Virus record (IMG/VR): IMGVR_UViG_3300033067_001989
Coordinates: 1 to 25,635 of that record
Origin: a virus
Taxonomy: Duplodnaviria > Caudoviricetes
Direction: 5' to 3' (one strand)
DNA: 25,635 nucleotides
The position numbers and the translations under genes are program-made. Shown piece by piece: positions 1 to 8,537 of the stretch (position 1 is the stretch's first letter; each line of letters starts with the position of its first letter). The notes under the pieces were generated by a model. The model saw nothing but the letters and a program-made list of their open reading frames with translations. It had not been told where the DNA came from and searched no databases.

Positions 1-42
1 CTGGACCTCATCGGGCGCTATGTCCGGGCGGTGTCGCCGTGA
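1..42 (+). CDS. 3' end (partial) of probable head-tail adaptor protein
   Basis: Frame 1 reads LDLIGRYVRAVSP-stop, and its TGA overlaps the GTG of the next gene (GTGA). Position before the head-closure gene fits siphovirus synteny. Confidence 0.45.
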   Translation: MDLIGRYVRAVSP

Positions 43-362
43 ACGTGACCTCGTGGCTCAAGGACGGCTGGGGCCTGGCCCGGGTCACCTCCAGCGCCAA
101 CGACGGCTCGCCGACCTACGGCAGCGTCAGCACCATCAAGGGCTACACCAAGACGGTCTATCGCCGGGTGCCCACCCCCCAGGGCGTCCAGATCTTCACG
201 GCCACGGTCTTTGTGACCACGACCGAGGTCAAGGCGGGCGACCGGGTGTGGGCACCGGGGACCGACACCACCAAGCCCCTGCAGGCCCGCCGCCTGGGAC
301 AGGTGACCAGCCAGACCCAGAAGTACGGCGAGCTGACCCTCTACGAGGCCGACCTCCAATGA
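39..362 (+). CDS. Probable phage head-closure / head-tail joining protein (107 aa)
   Basis: Beta-rich small ORF, translationally coupled at both ends (GTGA, ATGA), located before an HK97 gp10-like gene. Confidence 0.6.
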   Translation: MNVTSWLKDGWGLARVTSSANDGSPTYGSVSTIKGYTKTVYRRVPTPQGVQIFTATVFVTTTEVKAGDRVWAPGTDTTKPLQARRLGQVTSQTQKYGELTLYEADLQ

Positions 363-727
363 GCGTCAAGGTCACCGGCCAGCAGGACCTGCTCGACAAG
401 CTGGAGGGCCTCGCGGACGAGGGCTCCGAGTCGGCCGTCTACGGCCTGGAGCAGTGGGCCCAGGAGGTGCTCGGCCTGGCCCAGCAGCTCGTGCCGGTGG
501 ACACGGGCGAGCTCCACAACTCGGGCTACGTCGAGACCCGCGGCAACGCGGTGGAGGTTGGCTTTGCGGCTGACCACGCCATCTATGTGCACGAGGACCT
601 GAGTGCCCACCACCCCAACGGCGGGCAGGCGAAGTTCCTGGAGTCGGCGGCCGACCAGCTCCAGCCCCAGCTCGAGGCGGCGGTGGCCCAGTCCATGGCA
701 GAGCTCGGGAAGGGGCGGAAGCGATGA
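359..727 (+). CDS. HK97 gp10-like tail completion/neck protein (122 aa, MSVKVTG...)
   Basis: Motifs AQQLVPVDTGELHNSG and HAIYVHE...GQAKFLE are typical of this family. ATG at 359 overlaps the upstream stop. Confidence 0.8.
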   Translation: MSVKVTGQQDLLDKLEGLADEGSESAVYGLEQWAQEVLGLAQQLVPVDTGELHNSGYVETRGNAVEVGFAADHAIYVHEDLSAHHPNGGQAKFLESAADQLQPQLEAAVAQSMAELGKGRKR

Positions 728-1140
728 GCGCCAAGCAGCCCGAGGTCGACGTTGCCGCAGCCCTCGCCACGGCCCTGTCGCTGGTGGTGGGCACGGACAT
801 CAAGTACGGGCCCCAGCGCCCCGCCCTGGAGCCCGGCAACGACGCCGTGACCCTCTGGGTGACCGCCTATGGTGGGCCTCCGCCGGAGCCCTACCTGGGC
901 TCAGGCACCAGCCTCTTCAAGGGGTCCGTGCAGGTGGTCTGTCTGGCGCCCGCCAGCGCCCCCGACGACCAGGCCCAGGCGCTCGCCCTGGCCCGCTCGG
1001 TGCGCGACGCCCTGCACCTCCACGCCCCCTCGGGCTACTCCCTCTGCACCGCGCTCTCCTCCGAGCCTGCCCCGATGGCGCCGGACGACGCCGGGCGCAC
1101 CCGCTTCTCGGTCAACGTCTCGCTGTGGTGGGAGAACTGA
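724..1140 (+). CDS. Probable tail terminator / minor structural protein (138 aa)
   Basis: Pattern VQV..LA...D...A.ALA..VRDALH...DDAGRTRFSVN, ATGA coupling, position just before the tail tube gene. Confidence 0.65.
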   Translation: MSAKQPEVDVAAALATALSLVVGTDIKYGPQRPALEPGNDAVTLWVTAYGGPPPEPYLGSGTSLFKGSVQVVCLAPASAPDDQAQALALARSVRDALHLHAPSGYSLCTALSSEPAPMAPDDAGRTRFSVNVSLWWEN

Positions 1141-1221
1141 CCGGGAATTGCACGCATCTGGGTGCCCCCCAAGGCTGCCCATAGCCCCTTTGGCCCATAA
1201 CTCGGGCCCTGGAGTTGTGCC

Positions 1222-1638
1222 ATGACTGCCGCATCCGCCGCGTATCCGCGCAAGGTCCAGATCGCCCCCGACTCGGCGGGCTCGCCTGGCACCTACGCCG
1301 ACTGCGACCTCAACACCAAGCTCGACTGGGACTCGTCGGCCGACATGGTCGACACCACCGACCTGAACAGCGCGGGCCTGCACAAGCGGACCCCGGTGCT
1401 GCTCGACAACAAGGTGACCCTGGAGTTGAACAAGGACACCTCGAGCACCCCGTTCGGGACCCTGCGCTCGGGGATGCTGGCCCGGACCCAGGTGTGGCTG
1501 AAGATCTACGAGACGGCGTCCACCGGGTACTACTTCCCGGCCTACGTCGAGAGCATCAAGTCGTCCTACGACCCCAAGGACGTCTCCAAGGCGTCGGTCA
1601 GCCTGGTCGGCACCGGCACCGCCCCGGTCAGCTTCTAA
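1222..1638 (+). CDS. Major tail (tube) protein, short form (138 aa)
   Basis: GGAG RBS upstream. Motif DMVDTTDLNSAG...R...LLD and C-terminal ASVSLVGTG resemble siphovirus tail tube proteins. Synteny supports the call. Confidence 0.7.
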   Translation: MTAASAAYPRKVQIAPDSAGSPGTYADCDLNTKLDWDSSADMVDTTDLNSAGLHKRTPVLLDNKVTLELNKDTSSTPFGTLRSGMLARTQVWLKIYETASTGYYFPAYVESIKSSYDPKDVSKASVSLVGTGTAPVSF

Positions 1639-1665
1639 GCCCCGTCGTCCCCTGGGAGCACGCCC

Positions 1666-2343
1666 ATGGCATCCGCACAGGTGGCCTACAAGGCCAAGCT
1701 CTCCGCCTCCGGCACATCGACCGCGATGACCGCCCAGGCGTGCGCCCAGGTCGGTGTCACCAAGACCTGGCAGATCAGCAATTCCTCCAAGCGCGTCCTG
1801 GACCCGTCGGTGGCCAGGACGTGGAAGGACGGTGGCAGCGCCATCGCCGCCGCCAACATCGAGAGCGAGAACCTGCTCTTCGGCACGGTGACCTTCATCT
1901 CGTCCTTCACGCCCGGTGGCGCGGTGACGGTGGACGCGAACTACCTGCCCATCACGGCCCTGGCCAGCGTGAAGAGCATGACGCTGGAGCAGACGGTCGA
2001 CATGCCCGACGCCACCCTGCTCAACAGCAGCGGCTACAAGGCGCGCATCCCGACCCTCATGGACGCCAAGGGCGACCTGCAGATGCTGTCCGACTTCCAG
2101 GACGACATCGACCCCAGCGGCACCACCACGACCCTGTACGGCCTGATGACCAGCCGCACCCCGCTCCTCCTGGAGCTCGACGAGAAGGGCACGGGCGTCG
2201 AGGTGTTCCGGGCCTGGGTGCTCATCGGCGACGAGAAGGTGGCCTTCGACCCGAAGGACCTCACCCAGGGGTCGCTCTCCTGGCAGGCCACCGACCGGGG
2301 CAGCCCGACCGTCGCCGCCGCCTCGGGCTGGGGCGCTCCGTAG
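1666..2343 (+). CDS. Second tail-tube-like protein with N-terminal extension (225 aa)
   Basis: GGGAG RBS. C-terminal part (DMPDATLLNSSGYKARIPTLMDAK...FDPKDLTQGSLS) aligns by eye with the preceding tail tube ORF. Confidence 0.6.
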   Translation: MASAQVAYKAKLSASGTSTAMTAQACAQVGVTKTWQISNSSKRVLDPSVARTWKDGGSAIAAANIESENLLFGTVTFISSFTPGGAVTVDANYLPITALASVKSMTLEQTVDMPDATLLNSSGYKARIPTLMDAKGDLQMLSDFQDDIDPSGTTTTLYGLMTSRTPLLLELDEKGTGVEVFRAWVLIGDEKVAFDPKDLTQGSLSWQATDRGSPTVAAASGWGAP

Positions 2344-2405
2344 ACCACCGGGCGCACCGTCGCGGCGCGGTGTGTCCGCATCCACCAGCCGCGATGGAGT
2401 CCCAG

Positions 2406-2867
2406 ATGGCAAAGCATCCGAACAAGGGCGACCCCAAAGACAAGGAGCCGGTCGCGGCGCCAAAGGAGGAGGCCAGCCCGCCGCCTCTGCCTGCCCGACT
2501 GAGCCGCGACGACTCCCGGCGCGAGTTGCTGGCCACGCGCCGCGACTTCGTCCTGGTCGCCTTCGAGGGCAAGGAGTTCGCGCTCGTTCGCCCCAATGCC
2601 CGTCAGCATGCCGACATCTTCGCTCGTGGTCGGCGCGGTGACGCCAAGGAGTCGGACGGCCTGCTCCTGCTCATCCAGGCCCTCATCGCCACGGTGCACA
2701 CCGTCGACAGTGCGGGACAGCCGCACGAGAAGGTGTTCGACCAGGTCGACGTCGCGGCCCTCGAGGAGAGCGGCAGCGACAAGCACAGCATCCTCAATGT
2801 GCTCGGCGTCCAGGCGCTGAACTACGTCCTGGAGAAGGGCGACTTCGGGGCCGTCCGAAAAAACTGA
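2406..2867 (+). CDS. Tail assembly chaperone copy 1 (gpG-like, 153 aa; phage side)
   Basis: GGAG at 2396-2399 before ATG 2406. Lies between tail tube and TMP and ends in CGA AAA AAC TGA (slippery heptamer). Confidence 0.8.
   Translation: MAKHPNKGDPKDKEPVAAPKEEASPPPLPARLSRDDSRRELLATRRDFVLVAFEGKEFALVRPNARQHADIFARGRRGDAKESDGLLLLIQALIATVHTVDSAGQPHEKVFDQVDVAALEESGSDKHSILNVLGVQALNYVLEKGDFGAVRKN
2858..2864 (+). promoter_or_regulatory. -1 programmed ribosomal frameshift heptamer A AAA AAC (copy 1)
   Basis: X XXY YYZ pattern in frame immediately before the gpG stop. The -1 frame is open to TGA at 3077-3079. Confidence 0.85.
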
Positions 2868-3079
2868 GGGCCTCGCCGGAGCTCCAGCACCTCCACATCG
2901 TCGGTGAGCGCCTGGGCAAGTCGCTGACGGAAGTGGGGGAGATGGATCCCGACGAGGTCGCCAGTTGGCTCGCGTTCTTCGAGCTCAAGGCGGAGTGGGA
3001 GCAGGAGGCAATCGAGGAGGCCAGGCTCGAGGCCGAGCGAGAGCAGAAGAAAAAGTCGAAGTCGCGCAAGAGCGGCTGA
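2864..3079 (+). CDS. Frameshifted extension of TAC copy 1 (gpT part of gpGT)
   Basis: The -1 frame reads LRASPELQHLHIVGERLGKSLTEVGEMDPDEVASWLAFFELKAEWEQEAIEEARLEAEREQKKKSKSRKSG, a typical gpT pattern, and is conserved in copy 2. Confidence 0.8.
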   Translation: MRASPELQHLHIVGERLGKSLTEVGEMDPDEVASWLAFFELKAEWEQEAIEEARLEAEREQKKKSKSRKSG

Positions 3080-3090
3080 GTGGAGGGTAG

Positions 3091-6000
3091 ATGAGTACCC
3101 AGGTCGGAGCGGTCAGCGTCGGCGTCATCGCCGACGTCAGCCAGTACCTCCAGCAGATGGTCCAGGTGGGGCGCACCACGCGCAACGCCATGGAGGAGAT
3201 GCTGGAGTTGGCCAAGGCCGAGGCCGCTCAGCGCGAGTCCGCCGCCGCTGCTGCGAAGGAAGAGGGCAAGCTCGCGTCGTCGATGCGCGAGGCCAGCACC
3301 GCCGCCAAGTCGCACGGTCTCTCCCTTGCCGACCTCGCAGGCGGGTACAGCCTCGCCAAGGAGGCTGCTACCGCCCTGGCCTCGGCGGCCGGCGAGGTCA
3401 TCAACGCCGCAAACGACCTCAACCCCAAGGGCGCCCTCGCCTATGGCAACGCCGTGGTGGCCCTCCAGGACAACGTTCGGGCTGCCGCCGCATCCCTGGG
3501 CGAGGCCCTTCGCCCTGCCATCATGTGGGTGGTTCAGAGCGCCTCCGAGTTTGCCAAGGTCGTTGCTCGCATCGACTGGGACAAGGTCAAGCGCGAGGGC
3601 CTGAACTTCGTCGGGGGTCTGAAGGAGGCCCTGGATGATGCCGCTTCGTGGGTGAAGTCCACTCTCTACGACGTCGCCGTAGGCGCGGCCCGCGCTCTGG
3701 CGTTCCCCTTCCAGGTACTCCAGGAGGCCATCGCAGCGGCACTCAGCGGCGCCTTCAGCCTGACCTCGGGCACCTTCGAGAAGATCGCCAGGCTGATCGA
3801 CGCGGTGGGTCTCGGCGACAAGGTGAAGGAGCTCACCGGGTTCGATGCCGGCGCTGTCGCCAAGTCGCTGGCTGCGGCCAGTGAGGCCGCCAAGAAAGAG
3901 GCCTCCAAGCTCGATATCGGCAAGCAGCTCGTCGACGGGTCCATGGAGGCAATCGGGACCGCCGGGCGGTACTACGGCAAGGCCCTGGTCGACGCCGGGA
4001 AGGGCGCAATTGGCGAGCTGGCCGGGAACGTCAAGGACTTCTGGGGCGGCATGCTCAAGAAGGACACCGGCAAGCCGCCGCCTCACGCCACCAACGCCGG
4101 AGACGAGGCCGCAACCGGAGCCGAGCGGGCGCTCGTCCAGTTCAACGCTGGCTTTGACCAGATGGTGAACAAGCTGTCCGCGGGCGCCCAGCAGGCAGCC
4201 GAGATCCTCAACAAGGCCGCAGACCAGGAGATGGCCAAGCGGGCAGCCATCGCCCAGACCGCTGTCGAGAACGCCGAGGAAGCCCTCCAGAAGGCCTACG
4301 GCGAGTCCAACACCAAGAAGGTGGAGGCGGCCCGGCAGGCCCTCGCTCTCGCAATCGAGGAGCTTGAGCGCCGCCAGGACGCGGCCATGGAGGAGAAGCG
4401 CAACCAGATCGAGGCAGCCCACGAGGTCGCCGCCCAGCGCAAGGAGGAGGCGGACAACCTCATGGCGGCGGCCGAGAAGGCCAAGACTGTCTATTCCGAG
4501 GCCACCAAGGAGTTCGAGGCGTTCGCCAAGGCCAACCAGCTCGACAGAGACGGCGCCAAGAGGTCGAAGCAGGCCATGGAGGACGCCAAGGCCGCAGCCG
4601 AGACCACCAAGGCCGGGGCGGAGCAGGCCGGGGAGATCTCCAAGCAGGCTGCCGCCTCCGAGGGGAAGCTCCGGGTGGAGTACGCCGAGCTGGCCGGGAA
4701 GCAGACGGTGGAGGCCGGGAAGCGGGCAGCCAAGGAACAGCGGGACGCGGCCGACTACGCCGCTCGCACCTCGCTCCAGAGCTACACCTCCAGCCTGGGC
4801 AAGGACCTGTTGACCGGGGCGGGCGGCACCCTGGGCTCGGTGGCGCAAGGTGCCTTCTCCGGCATGGAGAAGATGGGCGGCGATCCCGTCGGCGCCCTGA
4901 TCGGTGGCATCGCTGGGCTGCTCACGAAGAGCAAGGGCTTCTCTGAGCTGATCGACTCGGTGAACGAGATCCTGGACTCGGTGGGCGACGCCGCAGGCAA
5001 GTTGCTCGAGGGCATCACCCCGCTGACCAGGATGCTCGCCCAGTCCCTGGCCCCGCTGTTGGAGGGGCTCGGCGAGGCGGCTGGCGCTGTCGCTCAGGGC
5101 CTCATCTCTGCGGTCATGCCCGCGATGCCCGGCATCTACCAGCTCTCGACGGCGCTCGGAGAGCTGCTCCATGCGATTGCCCCGGTCATCCCGCCCATCC
5201 TCGAGCTGGCGTACATCCTCACGCTGGAGGCCCCCGCGATGGTCGCGCTGACGGCTGCAGCCGGCCCGCTCGCGCTGGGCCTGGAGTACGTGGCCGAGGG
5301 GCTGAATTTTGTCACCCAGGGCATCGGCGGTTTCTGGAACGAGGCGATCGACGCCTTCCAGAAGATGCTCCAGGAACTGGGCCAGATCCCGGTGGTGGGC
5401 AGCACCCTGACCACGCTGGCGGGCTCTCTCGACTCCTGGAAGGTCCACCTGGACGCCTCGGCCATGGCGCTCTCGGCTGTGGCTCCGGCAAGCGAACAGG
5501 TGCGCTCGGCCTTTGAGCAGCTCGCAAACCAGGCCTACGCCCAGCTCCACACGGCCCAGGATGCTGCGCTGAAGTCGGACGCGCTGGGAGCCGCAGCAAC
5601 CCAGGCCGAGGCCGCTGCCGCAGCCAACCCGAACGACCCTGTGCTCCAGGCCTACGCCGAGGCGGTCCGGAAGGCAGCCGACGACGCGAGCAAGCAGGCT
5701 GTGGCCGCCATGGATCAGTACCGGGTCGACCAGGCCGAGGCGAACCTCTCCCAGTACGCCCCGGGCACCCAGGACTACAGCAACGCCCTCGGCGCCCTCT
5801 CGGCTGCGCTCGGCCAGCAGGCCTACGACGCCGCCCAGAACACCGCCGCCACGAAGGACAACACCCGCGCGACGAACACCCTGGGCGGCATCCTGAACGC
5901 TCCCCAGGGTTTCAAGCTGGAGGGCTACCAGTACGCCGCGATCGGTCAGCAGTCCGCCATCGAGGCCGGGGCCGCAGCGCGGGCGCCCCACCTCGCTGGA

Positions 6001-6183
6001 GGTCGCGGGGCTGCTGGGACCGTCAGCGTCGGGGTCATCAACATCAGCCTCCCCAACGTCACCGACGCGGCGAGCTTCGCCGAGGAGTTCCAGAAGGAGC
6101 TTGGCAGGCACACCTTCAGGAAGACGGGAACCCTCGCACCCTCGCTGCCCGGCGGTCGGTTCTCGACGTCGGGCCAGAGCTGA
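3091..6183 (+). CDS. Tape measure protein copy 1 (1030 aa)
   Basis: Long Ala-rich helical ORF after the TAC, N-terminus VGAVSVGVIADVSQY, hydrophobic middle segments, C-terminal VSVGVINISLPNV; GGAGG RBS. Confidence 0.9.
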   Translation: MSTQVGAVSVGVIADVSQYLQQMVQVGRTTRNAMEEMLELAKAEAAQRESAAAAAKEEGKLASSMREASTAAKSHGLSLADLAGGYSLAKEAATALASAAGEVINAANDLNPKGALAYGNAVVALQDNVRAAAASLGEALRPAIMWVVQSASEFAKVVARIDWDKVKREGLNFVGGLKEALDDAASWVKSTLYDVAVGAARALAFPFQVLQEAIAAALSGAFSLTSGTFEKIARLIDAVGLGDKVKELTGFDAGAVAKSLAAASEAAKKEASKLDIGKQLVDGSMEAIGTAGRYYGKALVDAGKGAIGELAGNVKDFWGGMLKKDTGKPPPHATNAGDEAATGAERALVQFNAGFDQMVNKLSAGAQQAAEILNKAADQEMAKRAAIAQTAVENAEEALQKAYGESNTKKVEAARQALALAIEELERRQDAAMEEKRNQIEAAHEVAAQRKEEADNLMAAAEKAKTVYSEATKEFEAFAKANQLDRDGAKRSKQAMEDAKAAAETTKAGAEQAGEISKQAAASEGKLRVEYAELAGKQTVEAGKRAAKEQRDAADYAARTSLQSYTSSLGKDLLTGAGGTLGSVAQGAFSGMEKMGGDPVGALIGGIAGLLTKSKGFSELIDSVNEILDSVGDAAGKLLEGITPLTRMLAQSLAPLLEGLGEAAGAVAQGLISAVMPAMPGIYQLSTALGELLHAIAPVIPPILELAYILTLEAPAMVALTAAAGPLALGLEYVAEGLNFVTQGIGGFWNEAIDAFQKMLQELGQIPVVGSTLTTLAGSLDSWKVHLDASAMALSAVAPASEQVRSAFEQLANQAYAQLHTAQDAALKSDALGAAATQAEAAAAANPNDPVLQAYAEAVRKAADDASKQAVAAMDQYRVDQAEANLSQYAPGTQDYSNALGALSAALGQQAYDAAQNTAATKDNTRATNTLGGILNAPQGFKLEGYQYAAIGQQSAIEAGAAARAPHLAGGRGAAGTVSVGVINISLPNVTDAASFAEEFQKELGRHTFRKTGTLAPSLPGGRFSTSGQS
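4204..5909 (+). repeat. Direct repeat copy A (1,706 bp), central part of TMP1
   Basis: Matches 21911-23616 at offset 17,707. No mismatch seen on reading, and ORFs in several frames translate identically in both copies. Nearest mismatches are at 4203 and 5910. Confidence 0.9.
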
Positions 6184-6186
6184 CCC

Positions 6187-6564
6187 ATGCACGACGCCAC
6201 CCGCACCGCGCTCCACCTGGCCCTGACCCTCAGCCATCGGGGCGCGGCCTTCTCCCTCTCGCTGCCCAGCACGGGGCCCACGGATCTCCCGGGCCACGTC
6301 GTCCGCGCCCAGGTGCTGCTGGAGCTGCACGCCGCAGCCAAGACGGCGCTCCCGGGCTGGGGCTGCACACTCCAGCTCGAGCCAGACCACGGCTCTTTCG
6401 TCGCCAGGTTCTGGCCCCTCAACGACAAGGTGGAGCCCGAGGTCCGCAGGGTCCTGGCCAGGTTCATCGGCAGCCACCTGGAGGTGGTCACCAGCGAGCT
6501 CGCGCTGCAGCGGGTCGCGGCCTCCGTCAGGTCTGCTGGCGACTGTCCCTCGTTCGTCCAGTAG
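6187..6564 (+). CDS. Hypothetical protein (125 aa)
   Basis: Starts 3 nt after the TMP1 stop; GC3-biased codons. No family recognised. Confidence 0.6.
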   Translation: MHDATRTALHLALTLSHRGAAFSLSLPSTGPTDLPGHVVRAQVLLELHAAAKTALPGWGCTLQLEPDHGSFVARFWPLNDKVEPEVRRVLARFIGSHLEVVTSELALQRVAASVRSAGDCPSFVQ

Positions 6565-6575
6565 GAGGCACGCAC

Positions 6576-6998
6576 ATGGGAGCACTGAGCAGGCGCAAGG
6601 GCGCGGGGTTCGAGCGGGAGGCGGCGGCCGAGCTGCGCCGCGTGTGGCCGGAGGCCAAGCGAGGGCTGGGGCAGGCCCGGGACGCCAGCGAGGTGCCCGA
6701 CGTCGAGGGGACGCCCTTCTGGCCGGAGTGCAAGCGAGGCAAGCGGGTCAACATCCGAGCCGCCATCGCCCAGGCCCTGGAGGCCAGCAAGGCCGATGGT
6801 CGGCCCGTCCTGGTGGTCAGCAGAGAGGACGGGCGCGAGGCCCTGGCCACCCTTCGCCTCTGCGACTTCCTCGACATGGCGGCCAAGCTGGAGCGCCTGG
6901 AGGCCTTCGCCGCGAAGACCCTCGCCCAGGTCGCCAGCCAGCCACCTACCCAGGCCCAGCCCGCCCCACCTTCAGCGCCTGGCCCAGCCCGTGGCTGA
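6576..6998 (+). CDS. Hjc-like PD-(D/E)xK nuclease, putative Holliday junction resolvase (140 aa)
   Basis: AGGAGG RBS. Motifs SRRKGAGFERE ... PDV ... ECKR ... PVLV match phage/archaeal-type resolvases. Confidence 0.75.
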   Translation: MGALSRRKGAGFEREAAAELRRVWPEAKRGLGQARDASEVPDVEGTPFWPECKRGKRVNIRAAIAQALEASKADGRPVLVVSREDGREALATLRLCDFLDMAAKLERLEAFAAKTLAQVASQPPTQAQPAPPSAPGPARG

Positions 6999-7212
6999 AC
7001 TCGCCCTCGAGCGCGCCCGCCAGCTCCAGGCCCGGGGCGTCCCCCTCGAGCGCATCGCCCAGGACCTGGCCCAGCTCGGCCTCAAGGCCCCCGACGCCCA
7101 GGGGTGGACAGGGGCCGCTGTCGCTCGCCTGCTCGTCCGGGGCTCCCTCGCCACCAGCGCAGAGCGCCAGGAGCGCGAGCGGGTGCGGCCTCGCCGACGT
7201 CGGGCCTGGTGA
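6991..7212 (+). CDS. Small winged-HTH protein resembling the recombinase DNA-binding domain (73 aa)
   Basis: GTG start overlaps the upstream stop. Pattern GVPLERIAQDLAQLGLKAPDAQGWTGAAVARLL; no catalytic domain. Confidence 0.55.
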   Translation: MAELALERARQLQARGVPLERIAQDLAQLGLKAPDAQGWTGAAVARLLVRGSLATSAERQERERVRPRRRRAW

Positions 7213-7287
7213 CGTCCAAGAACTTGACGCCGAAGGCCACGGGCGGACGCTTGGGGGGCTGTACCACCCCGTAGCAAGGAGCTGCAC

Positions 7288-7548
7288 ATGTCGACGCTGC
7301 TGAAACTCATCTACGAACTGGAGGACGGCCGAAAGAGTCCGCCTGGGATCAGGATGCTCGAATTGGCCAAGAACCTCGGTGTTGGAGCCACTGCCGTCCA
7401 GGATGGTTTGGATCTCATCCGGGCCAGGCTGGGAGCCGGTGCCGTCGTTGTGAACACGAGTCCGGGAGTCCCCTACTACTCTCTCGGGAAGCCCTACCCT
7501 GAAGTGACGGCCGCCTTCTCTCCCCCGGAGCACTTCTCTCCGCTCTGA
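7288..7548 (+). CDS. Putative winged-HTH protein (86 aa)
   Basis: AAGGAG RBS; HTH-like MLELAKNLGVGATAVQDGL followed by a beta-wing ending YYSL. Confidence 0.55.
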   Translation: MSTLLKLIYELEDGRKSPPGIRMLELAKNLGVGATAVQDGLDLIRARLGAGAVVVNTSPGVPYYSLGKPYPEVTAAFSPPEHFSPL

Positions 7549-7592
7549 GGTAGGCGCCGAACGAAAGGAACCAACGTGACCGCGAAGCGGGA

Positions 7593-7626
7593 GAAGGGCC
7601 CGGGAGATCCCGGGCCCTTCCTTTTG
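7593..7626 (+). terminator. Rho-independent terminator
   Basis: 12-bp perfect stem GAAGGGCCCGGG / CCCGGGCCCTTC, 4-nt loop, followed by CTTTTG. Confidence 0.75.
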
Positions 7627-7632
7627 CGGGCA

Positions 7633-7695
7633 ACCCCGCACCCCAACAGGGGACTGTTGACAAGGCGAACCCGTTTGGTTATCTTCTCATCATCA
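7633..7695 (+). promoter_or_regulatory. Sigma70-type promoter cassette copy 1 with palindromic operator
   Basis: TTGACA (7657-7662), 17-nt spacer, TATCTT (7680-7685); CAACA-N6-TGTTG overlaps the -35. Repeated at 8538-8600. Confidence 0.75.
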
Positions 7696-7734
7696 ACGAC
7701 GGCGATGGACGCCGGGTTGAGACCGGGAGAGACG

Positions 7735-8016
7735 ATGGGCGCCAAGAAGCTGACGGTCGCAGAGCTGCGGTGGCTGGCAGAGCATGAGATTGAGTACGAG
7801 GTGAAGGGCGGGCTGGAGAACTTCAGCCGGGGCGGGTTCAAGGTCATGGAGAACTCGAACGGGACCTGGGGCCTCTGGGACATGGACGCCCGACCCTGGA
7901 CGGAGGACATCCTCTCCACCAGCCGGGATGAGCCCTGGGAGAACCAGGAACTGAAGGCCCGGTTCACCGACAGAGAGGAAGCGGTCCAGGCCCTCTCCCG
8001 CTGCCCCAAGCGATAA
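7735..8016 (+). CDS. Small acidic, Trp-rich hypothetical protein (93 aa, MGAKKLTV...)
   Basis: GGGAGA RBS at 7725-7730, directly downstream of promoter cassette 1. Confidence 0.7.
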   Translation: MGAKKLTVAELRWLAEHEIEYEVKGGLENFSRGGFKVMENSNGTWGLWDMDARPWTEDILSTSRDEPWENQELKARFTDREEAVQALSRCPKR

Positions 8017-8075
8017 CAGCGAGCCGGAGGGGGTGGGCTCCGGCCTGCCCCCTTGGCTCCCTCCAGGGACCCTCC

Positions 8076-8387
8076 ATGACCGACGCCAAGATTTGCAGCG
8101 TGCCGAACTGCGGAGTGCCTGCCCGAGCGGGCGGGAAGTGCCAGACCCACTACATGCGCGAGCGCCGTGCGAAGGCGGCCGGGCTTGAGGGCAAGGAGCT
8201 CCGCGTCCAGGTGGCGGCCCCGCTCCGGGGCGAGGTCGACCCGCTGCCCTCGCTGAGCTTCCGCTCCACCCAGGAGATCCAGGACGCCCTGGCCCTCGAG
8301 GTCGCCGAGTCGGGCGAGTCGCACAGCGACATCCTCCGCCGCGTCCTGGGGGCCTGGGCCAAGCGCCGCCTCAAGCAGAAGGACTGA
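8076..8387 (+). CDS. Zn-finger plus ribbon-helix-helix DNA-binding protein (103 aa)
   Basis: N-terminal CSVPNC...CQTHY; C-terminal LSFRSTQEIQDALALEVAESGESHSDILRRVL fits an RHH pattern. Confidence 0.65.
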   Translation: MTDAKICSVPNCGVPARAGGKCQTHYMRERRAKAAGLEGKELRVQVAAPLRGEVDPLPSLSFRSTQEIQDALALEVAESGESHSDILRRVLGAWAKRRLKQKD

Positions 8388-8413
8388 CCGCCCACGTCAG
8401 CCGTAGAAGCACG

Positions 8414-8454
8414 GAGGCCCCAGCCGCTCCCTCTCCCGGGGTGGCTGGGGCCTC
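8414..8454 (+). terminator. GC-rich stem-loop, possible terminator
   Basis: GAGGCCCCAGCC / GGCTGGGGCCTC 12-bp inverted repeat after the stop; U tail is weak. Confidence 0.4.
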
Positions 8455-8537
8455 GCTGTTCCTGGGCCACCTGGGGCCGTCTGGTGGCCCTTCCCGTGAC
8501 CAGTCCCACCCGCCCAGCTCCCTGGCCAGACCCGCCC

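Noticed and set aside
901-2867. 520-aa (-) and 550-aa (+) ORFs over the tail tube genes
   Set aside because: Off-frame shadows. Only the last 153 codons of the + ORF (the TAC) have an RBS and a paralogue.
2794-6585. 1263-aa minus-strand ORF, and the similar 20420-21796 and 21884-23257 ORFs
   Set aside because: Antisense shadows of the GC3-rich TMP genes, with no recognisable domain.
6991-7212. Serine recombinase
   Set aside because: Only a DNA-binding-like fragment; no Y-x-R-x-S catalytic domain nearby.
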